From Sphyrna mokarran (taxonomy: Eukaryota), in NCBI GenBank assembly GCA_024679065.1, contig JAGIQG010000016.1:14942001-15006000 (forward strand): 64,000 bases of DNA. The letters run 5' to 3'. The notes beneath the pieces were generated by a model. It was given only the letters and a program-made list of their open reading frames with translations. It did no database searches and was not told the origin of the DNA. Below are positions 12,766-25,400 of this stretch, one piece after another. The stretch's first letter is position 1. The number at the start of each line of letters is the position of its first letter. Both the position numbers and the translations under genes were made by a program.

Positions 12766-13680
12766 ACAGTGTAAAGCGAAGTTTAATCTGTATCTAACCC
12801 TGTGTTGTACCTGCCCTGGGAGAGTTCAATAGGGAACATAACTTTATTCCATCTAACTCATCGCTCTAACCGTCCTGGTAATGTTTGATGGGGACAGTGT
12901 AGAGGGAAGTTTACTCTGAATCTAATCCCATGCTGTACTATTCCTGGGAGAGTTTGATGGGGACAGTGTCGTGGGAGTTTTATTCTGTAGCTAATCCCAT
13001 GCTCTTCACATCCTGGAAGTGTTTGTTAGAGGCATGTAGAGAGAGATTTACTTTGTATCTAACTCCATACTGTACTTGCCCTGAGACTATCCGATGGGAC
13101 AGTGTAGTGGGAGTTTTATTTTGTCACCAATTCCATGCTGTACCTGCCCTGGGAATGTTTGATGGGGACAGTATAGATGGAGCTTTACTCTGTATCTAAC
13201 CCCTTGCTGTTCATGTACTGGGAGTGTTTGAGGGGGACGGTGTGGAGGGAGTTTTACTCGATATGTAACAATTCATCTCTGTATCTAGGCACAGTGGTTA
13301 GAACCGCTGCCTTGCAGTGCCAGGCGTTGTGTTCAATTCCAGCCTCCGGTCACTGTGTGAAATTTGTATGTTCTTTCCATGCCTGTGTGTGTTTTCTCTG
13401 GGTGCTCTGGCTTCCTCCCACAGTCCAAAGATGTGCCAGTTAGGTAGAGTAGCCATGCTAAATTGACACTAGTGTCAGGGGATTAGAGGGTAAATATATG
13501 GGGTTATGGGAATAGGGCCTGGATGGGTTTGTCGTCAGTGCAGACTCGATGGCTGAATGGAGTCCTTCTACACGCTGTAGGGATTCTATGTTCTAACCCC
13601 ATGTTGTACCTGTCTTTGATAGGATCAGTGTAGAGGCAGCTTTTATTCTGTATCTACTCCCATGTTGTACCTATCCTGGG
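12766..13680. repeat. About 67-bp tandem repeat (acagtgtagagggagctttactctgtatctaacccc.tgctgtacctg.cctgggagtgtttgatggg), interrupted by a SINE
   Basis: About 8-9 degenerate copies; the array resumes after 13590. Confidence 0.88.
13287..13590 (+). mobile_element. HE1-like V-SINE
   Basis: tRNA-like head ggcacagtggttag...gttcaattcc, V-domain gggtgctctggcttcctcccacagtccaaagatgtgc, LINE-like tail ending gattctatg. Confidence 0.88.
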
Positions 13681-13900
13681 GGGTTTTCAGTATTAATCCT
13701 GGTTGTGTTTTGTATGGATCACTAACATTAGCTGTGGATGAGACAGAATGTGGTGTGAGACTGGTCTGGGTTAACGGAATTTGACAATCTGGTCCGCTGA
13801 ATCTGGCAGTGTTTGGGCCCATTCTTCTATGCAGTCTGTGTGCAAATGCATAGTTGCCATTGTCAATCATTTGCACAGCATCTGTTTCAGTGGTACTCAC

Positions 13901-13963
13901 CTTGGTACTGAAATTGGAAGGAGCAGGTGATGTTGAAAATGAAGGGACTTTATTTGAGTGTGT
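13901..13963 (-). CDS. POU2F2: POU2F2 internal exon, 63 nt, phase 0-0: THSNKVPSFSTSPAPSNFSTK
   Basis: Acceptor gtctttcag and donor AAG|gtgagt; corresponds to recalled human NPQNKTSPFSVSPTGPSTK. Confidence 0.9.
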
Positions 13964-14029
13964 CTGAAAGACAAACAGACAAATCGAATTAATCACCTGT
14001 GGATAATCCAGGTAGCGTGACTTAATGAT

Positions 14030-15352
14030 TATCGGCTGGTAGTTCTGACTTCCATCATTATGAAAAGCTTCGAAAGGTTAGTCATGACATGAACCAATTC
14101 TGGCCTCCCAGATTGCCTGGCTCCACTACAGTTTCCTTACTGCTGCAACAGGTCCACAGCAGACGTGATCTCCCTGGTCCTGCACTCAACCCTGGAACAC
14201 TTAGATAATAAAGACATCTATGTCAGAATCCTATTAATCGAAACTAATCGATATGGAAGTCTAGAGATATGTACAGTTCAGACTTCAACACCATTATTCA
14301 TACAAAACTAATCTCCAAACTCTATAGCCTGGGGCTCGGCATTTCCCTCTGCGACTGGATTCTGAACTTTGTAACTCACAAATCGCGATCAATAAGCAGA
14401 GGCAATAACACCTCCTCCACGATCATTCTCAACACTGGTGTCCTGCAACGCTGTGTCCTCAGGGCCCCTACTATACACCTATGACTGTGTGGCCAAATTC
14501 CCCTCCAACTCGATTTTCAAGTTTCTTGATGACATCTCTGTAGTGGGTCAGATTTTAGACAATGATGAGACAGAGTACAGGAATGATGAGAATCTGATGC
14601 AACGACAATAATCTCTCCCTCAATATTCAAAAATGAAGCATATAGTCATCAACTTCACGAAGCGTAGTGGAGAACATGCTGCTGTCTACATAATGGGGAT
14701 GAAGTGGAAATGGTCAAGAGTTTCAAATTTTTAGGTGTCCAGATTACCAACAACCTGTCTTGGTCTCTCAATGCCATGCTATAGTTAAGAAAACTCACAA
14801 CCACCTCTACTTTCTCAGAAGACTAAGGAAATTTGACATGTCTGCTATGACTCACAGTAACTTTTACAGACACACCATAGAAAGCATTCTTTCTAGCTGT
14901 TTCACAGCTTGGTATGGCTCATGCTCTGCCCAAGACCGCAATAAACTATAAAGAATCGTGACCAAAGCACAGTCCACCACACAAACCAGTCTTCCACCCA
15001 TTGACTCCTTCTACACTTCCCACTGGCTCGGAAAAGCAGCAGCATAATTAAGGATCCTATGCACCCCGGACATACTCTCTTCCACCTTCTTCCATAGGGA
15101 AAGAGATACAGAAGTCTAGGGATACGTACAAACTGACTCAACAACAGCTTCTTCCCTGCTGCAATCAGACTTTTGAATAGATCTATCTTGCATTAAGTTA
15201 ATCTTTCTCTACACCCTAGCTACGACTGTAATACTACATTCTGAACCCTCTCCTTTTCTTTTTTATGAACAATATGCTTTGTCTGTATAGTATGCAAGAA
15301 ACATACTTTTCACTGTAAATTAATGCATGTGACAATAATAAATCAAATTAAA
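14030..15352 (+). mobile_element. Rex1/Babar-type LINE, 5'-truncated, decayed RT plus 3' UTR
   Basis: Peptide remnants [53 protein letters not shown]; ends aataaatcaaat. Confidence 0.85.
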
Positions 15353-15387
15353 TCCTTCTCCTCACAGTGCCACATATAGCCAGTGAC

Positions 15388-15876
15388 AGAACATAGAATC
15401 CTGACAGTGCAGAAGGAGGCTATTTGGCCGATCAAAACTGCACCAACCCTCTGACAGATCATCTCACTCAGATCCATCCCTGTCATCCCACTTCCAGTAA
15501 ACCCACATACTTACCATGTCCAGGCCACATAACTTGCCCATATTTGATTGCTAAGGAGTAATTTAGCATGATCAATCCACTTAATCTGCATAAGAGGCAA
15601 AGATCAGTCATGATCTTATCGAATGGTACAGCAGGCTCAAGGGGCTAGATGGCCTACTCCTGCTTCTAGTTCTTATGTTCTTTGGGCACTAACAGACAAT
15701 TTATTATGGCCAATCTACCTAAAGTGCACATGTTTGGACTATGGGACAAAATCAGAACACCCAGAGGAAACCCACACAGACACAGGGAGAACATACAAAT
15801 ACCACATAGTCACTCAAGGCCGGAATCAAATGTGGGTCCCTGGTGCTGGGGGCAGCAGTGCTAACTACCGTGCCAC
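15388..15876 (-). mobile_element. HE1-like V-SINE interrupted by a short CR1 tail (about 15596-15682, +)
   Basis: Reverse V-domain ccagaggaaacccacacagacacagggagaac and reverse head gtgctaactaccgtgcca. Confidence 0.8.
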
Positions 15877-16128
15877 AATTCAACAGTGAGGAGCTAAAAA
15901 TTTACAGAGAATTAGTTAACCATCCCTCCATCCTCCCATGCATTTCTCCACATTCCCTGACACACTGCTCGATCTCACACTATCCCTTCCTGCTCCCCAG
16001 TACCATTCTATGCCCCAATTACCTCCTCCTCCAGACATTAAACATGCTCGTTAGCCCTGCACAACCCCATGAGCCCAGCCCCTGACACTTTGCTTCCTTC
16101 CTGAATGTGAGCGGTCAGTAGTACCTAC

Positions 16129-16163
16129 CTGATGATTGGTGTCTGGTCCATTTCTCTCAGTGT
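16129..16163 (-). CDS. POU2F2: POU2F2 35-nt exon, phase 1-0: (D)TERNGPDTNHQ; not in the ORF track
   Basis: (ct)n...acatttcag|ACACTGAGAGAAATGGACCAGACACCAATCATCAG|gtaggt; peptide identical to recalled human Oct-2 DTERNGPDTNHQ. Confidence 0.96.
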
Positions 16164-16307
16164 CTGAAATGTAGAGAGAGAGAGAGAGATGGAAGATTAT
16201 TACTAAACACTCACAGCTCAAATTTACTCATAACACACAGAGGCAATGGAGAAATGCTATACCCCAAGTTCCTGTCATTGCAAAGATACATTTCACTCGA
16301 GCAAACT

Positions 16308-16460
16308 GGAGTGTCACAGTGTTAGAGGATCAGTACTGAGGGAGTGCTGCACTGTCAGAGGGTCAGTATTGAGAGAGTGCCGCACTGTCAGAGGGTCCGT
16401 ACTGGGGGAGTGCCACACTGTCAGAGGATCAGTACTGAGGGAGCGCTGCACTGTCAGAGA
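16308..16460. repeat. 30-bp tandem repeat GGAGTGCTGCACTGTCAGAGGGTCAGTACTGA-like, about 5 copies
   Basis: Exact 30-bp period (the ORF repeats VRGSVLREC). Confidence 0.92.
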
Positions 16461-16504
16461 GTCACGGCTGATGAATTCTGAAGGCACTTCCACAGAGTGG
16501 TCGC

Positions 16505-16830
16505 CAAGAGGTTGTTTCCACTGATCGGGGAATCCAAAATAGTCTGAAGATAAGGTGGACCAATTACTTCAGATTGAAATGAGGAAAAATTCTTTCACCC
16601 AGAGGTTTGAGAAACCTTTGGAATTTTTTGGCCACAGGAGGATGGGGATGCTCAATTGTTGAAGACATTTAAGAAGTGGGAAATAAAGATTCTTGGTCTT
16701 TTGCAGAACTAAAGGATATGGGGACTGGGTGGAAAAATGGAATTGAATCTCTAAGATCAGCCCTGATTGTATTGAGAGGCAGAACAGGCCTGACGGGCAG
16801 AATGGCTTACTCCTACCCCTTGCTCTGGTG
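16505..16830 (+). mobile_element. CR1 LINE 3' fragment
   Basis: gaaatgaggaaaaattctttcacccagagg motif and a CR1-type tail. Confidence 0.75.
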
Positions 16831-16984
16831 ATATTGTTATACAGCACAGGCCCAGATGCAGTATGGACCATTCTGACTCTGTACCAGTGGGAGGTGTATA
16901 GGGAGCGGTGTGAGAAGTGTGGTCCTTGCTGGTCATTCTGCCTATAATCACTTCCCCCCACAATAAGATGGCCAGAATGATCAT

Positions 16985-17490
16985 GGGATCAGTGTGAAGG
17001 ATCAGTGTTGGGGTCAGGATCAGATCTGGGGTTAGGGGTCAGTGTGAAGGTCACTGTTGTGGTTTGGAGTCAGAGTTGGATTAGGGGTCAGTTTTGGGGT
17101 TAGGGGTCACTGTTGGGTTTGGGGTCTGTGTGAAGGATCAGTGTTGGGGATAGGGGTTAGTATCAGGGTTAGCAATCAGTGTCAGGGTTAGGGGTCAGTG
17201 TGAACGGTTAGTATTGGAGTCGGGGGTCAGTGTTGGGGTCATTGTCAGGATCAGGGGTCAATATTGGTGTTAGGGATCTGTGGTCCATATTGGGTTGGGG
17301 GCCAGTGTTAGGGTTAGGGTCAGTGTCAGAGTTAGGGGTCAGTGTCAGGCTCTGGGGTCAATGTCAGGTTACAGGTTTGTCAGAATTAGGAGTCAGTGTT
17401 GGGGTTAGGGGTCCGTATGTAACGTCAGTGTTTTGGTTAGAGGATCAATGTCGTGGTTGGGGTCAGTGTGAAATGTCAGTCTCGGGTTTT
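16985..17490. repeat. G-rich degenerate repeat (GGGGTTAGGGGTCAGTGT-like)
   Basis: Recurrent ggggttaggggtcagtgt. Confidence 0.85.
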
Positions 17491-18846
17491 GCATCAATTT
17501 GATAGGACAAGGTTGGGATTAACTTGTCAGTTACAAGGCTAGATATATCGTTCATTTTCAAGACCAAGGCATCCTGCCAAAGCCCAGCATTTATTGCCAT
17601 CTTTAATTGCTCCTGGAGAAGGTAGTGATGAGTCACCATTTAGAAGCATAGACTCCCTCATGCATAGGTACACCCACAGTGCTGTTAGGGAGTTCCCAAT
17701 GTGTTCACTGATGGGCCAGAAATTTCCGGCTGTTGATACTTGTGGGATCTTCCAGATGCTGCCGCAAGCAGGTTGATTCACTGGAAAACTCCGTTGACAA
17801 CGGTGGAACTAGGAATCTCTGCTGCCAGACTGTGTGGTAAATCCTGTCTGGAGAGCCCAAGTTGCGATGGAAACATGCACATTATGGTATGCAGGTTTGG
17901 ATAGCCATGGTGGAGTCTCCACCATCTTGTCAATCCTAGCCAGGGCTGACCATCAATCTCTCTCATTTCTGCCATTTGCCATTGGCACCTGATGGAAGGA
18001 TTTGTAAGTTGATTCGCAACCTGTGTTATGGACCACACTTTCTCCTGGACAGTAAGTCCCAAACCCAGAATTGCAGACTCACAGGCAACTAACTAAATGT
18101 GCCAGAAGACCCATCATGTTTTTCCCCACCTCCCACCACGCATCCCTCCCCCAGCCCATCTCACCATTCCCACCTATAATATTAACTAGTCACTACTCAT
18201 TCCCAGACTATGTTCAGGAGCGAGGTCCTAACTGAAGTAGCAATGACTTAGGTACATTTCAGTGGAGGTCATTGTGAGTTGGTGGGGGAGGGAAACAATA
18301 GAACTACTCATGCAGTGATAAAGGAAGTGGTGGAGGGAATTGGACGAGCCAGGGTGTGTGCTGAATCCAGGCAAGACAACTTAGATTTAAAGTGTGGTTA
18401 AAAATCAGACCCCTGACATTGGGTGAGGTTCAGAAATTCTTGCACCTCACCAGAATCAAGTTCCCTGTCTAAATTAGCTGGTCAGGTCCCCTCAGCTCTC
18501 CCCATATCCCCCCCCCCCCACCCCCACTGCCATGCCCCACCCCAGCACTGTCAAGCAAGAATCACTCCCACCTTAACATTACCATCATGTTGGACTTTGT
18601 CTCCAATGTCCCCACATCCCACACCATACTATCGCCAGCTCTTAAATAAATCTGGAAATTTGCAACTGCTACCCTGCAAGAGCTGGACAAGGTGAAATGT
18701 CACTAATGTGGGAGACACAATACTACTGGGAGAAAGAGAGAGACAGGCAGACACAGGGAGACAACTATCTGGGATCATTAAGGGAGGTGAGGGCAGATTG
18801 AAGAGAATGGCACTGAGGAGCACGCTACAAAGCCATTCCACAATAC

Positions 18847-18912
18847 CTGATAACTCCAGCTCTGAATCCAAACTGGGATTCTCACATTCTGTCCCTTTGT
18901 TCATTCTTATTT
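18847..18912 (-). CDS. POU2F2: POU2F2 exon 2 equivalent, 66 nt, phase 1-1: (E)IRMNKGTECENPSLDSELELS(D)
   Basis: Acceptor ctcttttgcag|AAATAAGAATG and donor TCAG|gtattg; same peptide length and EIRM..K....E...LDS pattern as recalled human EIRMSKPLEAEKQGLDSPSEHT; joins the next exon to form GAC (D). Confidence 0.92.
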
Positions 18913-18959
18913 CTGCAAAAGAGTAAAATAAGATACTTAGAATAATTTAGAACAAACCA

Positions 18960-21060
18960 ATGTGAGATAGAAGGGCAGAGAGATACAGAGGAGACAGGCA
19001 GAGAGAAAGAGCAATGTAGACAGAGACAGAGAGAGAAAGATGGAGACAGAGAGGAGAGTGACGGAGAGATATAGAGAGAAAAAGAGAGACAGAGTTGGAG
19101 ACAGAGAGAGACAGACAAAGAGACAAATACAAGAGAGAAAGAGAGAGAGAGACAGAAACAGAACAAAGAACAAAGAACAAAATAGCACAGGAAACAGGCC
19201 CTTCAGCCCAACAAGCCCGTGCTGCCACCTCGATGTTCCCACTTCTACCCATGATCCCTGTCTATGTTTATAGATCTATGCATTGGAACCAAAGTTGTGA
19301 CAATTTAGGGAGAATTTGTTCTGCCAGTCAGCCTAAGAACATATCTTTAGGGTGTGGGAGGAAACCAGAGCACCGGAGAAAACCCACGCAAGCACGGGGA
19401 GAATGCGCAAACTCCCACAGACACAGGCCCAAATCCATGTATCTGCACAACACAGCGATAGTCACTGAGCTGTCGTGTTGCCCATCAAATGGTCCAGGTC
19501 AAGTGTACACTAACGACGTGAAGCACTAGGATACTTTCGAAAAAAATCCAAGAGCAGCCCTCCCACGACCCATCGCGTGTATGCCCCTTGTTGGACAACA
19601 AGGCAGACCAAAGTACCAGTAGGATAAAACAAATACATCAATATTATCGACAATTTACACACTTCCTAAGGAACTCCCAAGGCTCATGATCCCTATTTTA
19701 AATCAGTTTTCTATATCCCTCCATTCCCATTCTGTTCATGTGCCCGTCTAAGTATCTCTTAAATAACTCCAGCGTGCCTGCCTCCATCACTTTACTTGGC
19801 AGCGCGTTACATATCCCCACCAGGGAGTGTGAAAAAACTCCCTCTAGCATCCAAATTATACCTTACCCCCCTCACCCTAAGCCTGTGACTCCTCGTGCTA
19901 TTTAAGTCCATCCTAGGAAAAAGCTTAACCCTGTTTACTCTATCTATACCGCTCATAATCTTGTACACCTCTATTAGATCTCCTCTAAGTCTACGTCTTT
20001 CTAAGGAAAACAGTCCCAATTTGCCGAACCTCTCCTTGTAACTCAGACCTTCCATACCAGGCAGCATCCTGGTAAACCTCCTCCGCACTCTCTCCAGAGT
20101 CTCCACGTCCTTCTGGTAGTAAGGCAACCAGAATTGGGCACAGTATTCCAAATGAGGTCTAACCAATGTTTTATACAACTGCAACATTAAAGGCCAGCTC
20201 TTGTACTCTATACCCCTTCCTATAAAAGTTAGCATACCATATGCTTTCTTCACAACCTTCTCCACCTGCTCTGCCACCTTCAGAGACTTGTGCACCTGCA
20301 CTCCCAGGTCCCTCTGCGTTTCTATACTCTTAATAGGTCTACCCTTTATCATATACCTCCCCTCTACATTCTTTCTCCCGAAATGCATCACCTCGCGTTT
20401 ATCAGGATTGAATTCCATTGCCATCTATCTGCCCAAGCTACCAGCCTATCTATGTCCTGCTGCATCGCCTGACAATGCTACTCATTATCCGCAAGTCCAG
20501 CCATCTTTGTATCATCTGAAAACTTGCTGATCATTCCACTTACTCCCTCTTCCAAGTCATTTATATGTATTACAAATAGAAGAGGTCCCAGTACCGAGCC
20601 CTGCGGCACACCACTAGTGACTGACCTCCAGCTAGGAAAACACCCTTCCACTATTACTCTGTCTCCTATTACCAAGCTACTTATCCATCTAGCTACCTCT
20701 CCTTGTATTCCATTAGCCTTGACCTTTTCAACTAACCTCCCATGAGGGACTCTTTCCCAGAGAGAGAGAGACAGTGAGACAGACAGAGAGAGACAAAGAC
20801 AGAGACAGAATGACAGAGACAAAGAGTGACGGAGACAGAGGAGCAGAGTGACAGAGGCACAGAGAGACAATCAAGAGAAAGAGTGATGGCAAGAGGCAGG
20901 GAATGAAAGACACAGAGGGCAAGATAGAGAAAAGAGACAGAATGAGAGACAGTAACACAGCAAGAGAATGAATGAATGATTGAGACAGAAAGACAGATTG
21001 GGAGTCAGAGAGGGGACAAACAGAATAGGAAGAGATTGAGAGAGGGAGGACAAAGTGGGA
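18960..21060. repeat. GA/GACA-rich simple repeat split by a CR1 insertion
   Basis: gagacaga runs at 18960-19158 and 20759-21060. Confidence 0.85.
19159..20758 (-). mobile_element. Relatively young 5'-truncated CR1 LINE (RT C-terminal half) with a long 3' UTR and (TGTTCTT)n tail
   Basis: VTSGVPQGSVLGPLLFVIHINDL, SKFSDDTK, LYKTLVRPHLEYCAQFW; possible target duplication agagagagagagacag at 19140-19155 and 20759-20774 (simple-repeat context). Confidence 0.95.
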
Positions 21061-21469
21061 GAAAATTCAGATTATTTCTGTATACTAAGAACATGAGGTT
21101 TGAACACAGATTCTAACAATTAACGCTCCCTGTTCAACCTAACAGAATTGAGTGGCTTAACCCAATGGACAGGGATCCCTTTTCAATCAGTTAGCCACTG
21201 GATAGTCTGTCACTCTGACACATCCAGGTCCCACTGATCATTGTCACATCCCCCATTTCTTGTTAAACTTTCACCAATTCAATCAAAGTTATTCTAGTAG
21301 GTAGTTGCTGTTTGTGAAGCTGTATAACGATGTGAATGTCACATGCTCTCTGTGTCTCAATTTTTGTTCAGCCACAAAGGCAGCAGCAGAACATATCTTC
21401 ATAAAGGAGTGTGACCTGGCTCCTAGAATAGCTCAGCACATTGAAGACAGTGAGCAGTTTGATCTACAC

Positions 21470-21800
21470 AATGCAGAAAAGGCCCAGACCCCACCCTTGG
21501 CCTACTGATCACATTTATTCCTCGGATATAGGACTGATGAAGGCCCAAAAGCAGAAAGGCCTAGGCTCCATCCACAGTCAAGTAATCACATTCACTCACA
21601 GTCTAGGGGACTGAAGTCCTGAACATAGAGCTGGAAAGGCCCAAGCTCCATTCTCAGCCAAATGATTGTGTTACTCCTGATGTAGAGGACTGAGGGAGAT
21701 CCAGGCAGGAAAGACCCACGTTCCATCTTTGGTCTAGTAATGACATTCACTCCCAGCATAAATGACTGGTGGTATTCCACACACAGAGCAGGAAAGGCAG
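21470..21800. repeat. Degenerate tandem repeat of about 78 bp (ggaaaggccca.gctccat...cacattcactc...aggactga)
   Basis: gaaag(g/a)c motif near 21477, 21554, 21634, 21708 and 21792. Confidence 0.6.
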
Positions 21801-21855
21801 GAGTTGGCCTCAGCCATATAAATGCATTTGCTGGCCCCGCACCCCCTTGTGTTTT

Positions 21856-22400
21856 CGCACAGTGTCAGTTTCTGCAGTGTCAGTTTCAGTACAGTCACTG
21901 TCAATTTCTGCACAGACAGTGTCAGTTTCAGCACATACAGTACCAGCTTCAGCACACAATGTCCACTTCTGCACAGGCTGTGCTAGTTTCAGTACAGTCA
22001 GTGTCAGTTTCAGCACAGACCGAGTCAGTTTGAGCACAAACTGTGTCAGTTTCAAAACAGGAAGAGTCAGTTTCTACACAGGCAATGTCAGTTTCAGTGC
22101 AGTCAGTTTTAGGAGTCAATATCAATCTCAATACAATGTTAGTTTCTGTAATGTCAGTGTCAGTATCTGCACAGACAGCATCAGTTTCAATACAGTATCA
22201 GCTTCAGTGCAGTCAGTATCAGTTTCTGCACAGTCAGTGTCAGTTTCATATCAGTCAATGTCAATTTCAGCACACTGTCAGTTTCAGCACTGTCTGCGTC
22301 AGTTTCATTACGGTCAGTATCAGTTTCAGCATAGGCAGTGTGTCAGTTGAAGCAGTCAGGGCAGGTTTCTGCACTGGCACTGCCAGTTCAGCACAGGCAA
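21856..22400 (-). repeat. Inverted block of the 21/17-bp satellite (CAGTGTCAGTTTCTGCA on +)
   Basis: Reverse complement of the unit in 22913-37497. Confidence 0.92.
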
Positions 22401-25400
22401 TGCCTCAGTGGGGAGCATCACCAGTGGGGAGATTCTTATTTGTTTCATGTGAAAAAGACGTGGTGGCAGCAGCTTTGCGCTTGGTTGCTGAGAATGAGGG
22501 GAAGGAAGGAAGTAAAATTGTGCCAAACCCTGGGTTTCCTGCATTTGCCAATGATCACCAACATCAATAAGCCCAGGTCATCAGCCATTGATCTCCTCCC
22601 CACCCCTGCAATATCCACACCACCCCAATATAAAAAACTTACATATTTGAACATGAATCCTGCATATCTTCCACTCTGAAGCTCCGTTTCATCACTTTCT
22701 CTTTCTGTCATTGTTCCACCTCCCCTTCCCCTTCATAGTGATGGAGAATCAAGATTTAAAATCACTACTGGCTCCTTCCACAGTCTTACCCCTATAGGTA
22801 ATGCTGAAAGGAGACAGGGGGCTGAATGGAAAATAGGAGTTAGCAACAATAGTGAGTCTAGCCCGAGAATTAAGCCTGGGCCTTTGCTTCTCTGTGTGTG
22901 GAGCTCCAATCCTCACTGTGCAGAAATTGACACTGTTTGTTCTGATACTGACTCTGACTGTGCAGGAACTGACACTGACTATGCTGAAACTAACACTGAA
23001 CATGTGGAAACTGACACTGCAGAAACTGAAGCTGTCTGTGTAGAAACTGACGCTGTGCAGAAAATGACACTGCCTGTGCTGAAATTGACGCTGACTATGC
23101 AGAAACAGACACTGCATAGAAACAGGCACTGTCTGTGCTGAAACTGACACTGGCTGTACTGAAACTGACACTGACTGTACTGAAACTGAAATAGTCTGTG
23201 CAGAAACTGAAACTGTGCAGAAAATGACAATGCTTGTGTTGAAACTGACATTAACTGCACAGAAACTGACACTCACCGTACTGAAACTGACACTGCTATT
23301 CTAAAAACTGACACTGTGCAGAAACTAACACTGACTGTATCGAAACTGATACTGTGCTGAAACTGACACTGACTGTGCAGGAACTGACACTGAAATGCAG
23401 AAACTGACACCGTCTGTGCAGAAAATGACTGACTGTACTAAAACTGACATTGCATTGAAACTGACACTTTCTGTGCAGAAACTGACACTAACTGTACTGA
23501 AGCTGACAGTGTCTATGCAGAAATTGACAATATCTCTGTAGAACCTGAAACTTTCTATGCTGAAACTGACACTGCCTACACAGAAACTGAAAGTGTCTGT
23601 GCAGAAATTGACACTGATTGTGCTGCAACCAACATTGCCTCTCCAGAAACTGATACCGACTGTGCAGAAGCCAACACTGACTGTACAGAGGCTGTCGCTG
23701 ACTGTGCTGAAACTGACACCCATTGTAGTGACACTGATATGTCTGTGCTGAAACTGACACTGTACTGAAAACAACACTACACTGAAACTGATATGGTCTG
23801 TGCTCAAACTGACACTGTCTGTGCTGAACCTGGCACTTTTGTGCAGAAACTGACATTGTCTGTGCAGGAACTGACATTGTCTGTGCAGGAACTGATACTG
23901 TTGATGCAGGACCTGACACTCTCTGTGCAGACACTGACACTGTCCCTGCAGAAACTGACACTGCCTATGCAGAAACTGACACTGCCTGTACAGAAACTGA
24001 CACTGCCTGTACAGAAACTGACACTGCCTGTACAGAAACTGACACTGCCTGTACAGAAACTGACACTGCCTGTACAGAAACTGACACTGCCTGTGCAGAA
24101 ACTGATATTGTCTGTGCAGAAACTGACGCTGTCAGTGCAGAAACTGACGCTGACAGTGCAGAAACTGACACTGACAGTGCAGAAACTGACAATACCTGTA
24201 TGGAACCTGACACTATCTATGCTGAAACGGACTGTACAGAAACCGATACTGTCTCGGCAGAAACTGGCACTGACTCTCTAGAAACTGACATTCACTGTGC
24301 AGCAACTGACAGTAATTGTGCAGAAGCTGTCACCGACTGTTGAAACTGACACTGTGCTAAAACTGACAGTGACTGTACTGAAACTGACATGTCTGTGCTG
24401 AAACTGACACTGTACTGAAAATGACACTACTGAAACTGACATGATCTGTGCTCAAACTGACACTGCCTGTGCTGAACCTGGCACTGCCTATGTAGAAACT
24501 GATACTATCTATGCAGGAATTGATATTGTCTGTGCAGGAACTGATACTGTCTTTGCAGGACCTGACACTCTCTGTGCAGACACTGACACTGACTGTATTG
24601 AACCTGGCACTATCTGTGCAAACACTGGCACTGTCTGTATTGAAACCGGCACTGTCTGTGCAGAAACTGACACTGTGTAGGAACTCACACTGCCTGTGCA
24701 GAAACACAAACTGTCTGCAGAAACTGACACTGTCTGTGCTGAAACTGACACTGCAGAGAAACATGCACTATCTGTGCTGAAACTGACACTGTCTGTGCAG
24801 CAACTGACAGTCAGTGCAGAAACTGATACTGACAGTGTAGAAATTGACAGTGTCTGCAGAAATTGACAATACCTATGTAGAACTTGAGACTGTCTATGCT
24901 GAAACTGACACTGACTGTACAGAAACCAACACTGTCTGTGCAGAAACTAACACTGATTGTGCTGCAACTGACACTGACTCTCCAGAAACTGACACTGACT
25001 GTGCACAAACCAGCACTGACTGTGCAGAGGCTGTCACTGACTGTGCTGGAACTGACATTGTCTGTGCAAGAAGTGACATTGTTTGTGCAGGAACTGATAC
25101 TGTCTATGCAGGACCTGACACTGTCTGTGCAGATACTGACACTATCTGTGCAGAAACTGACACTGCCTATGCAGAAACTGATACTGTCTGTGCAGCAAAT
25201 GACACTGTCAGTGCAGAAACTGACACTGTGCAGAAACTGACAGTGTCTGTGCAGAAGTTGACAATACCTGTGTAGAACCTGAGACTGTTTATGCTGAAAC
25301 TGACAGGGACTGTACAGAAATCGACACTGTCTGTGCAGAAACTGACACTGATTTGCTGCAACTGACACTGACTCTCCAGAAACTGACATTGACTGTGCAG

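Noticed and set aside
12766-13280. Regularly spaced repeats (also 7530-7802 and 21470-21800) resembling a CRISPR array
   Set aside because: Whole units are homologous with no unique spacers, there are no cas genes, and the context is a vertebrate intron.
13287-13345. tRNA-like A/B boxes (also at 49225 and 45575-45620)
   Set aside because: They are SINE heads followed by V-domains or truncated; no complete cloverleaf, so not tRNA genes.
19807-20424. Open RT-related ORFs (also 44493-45146) as active retrotransposon or domesticated genes
   Set aside because: 5'-truncated, with frameshifts or stops adjacent; no complete ORF2.
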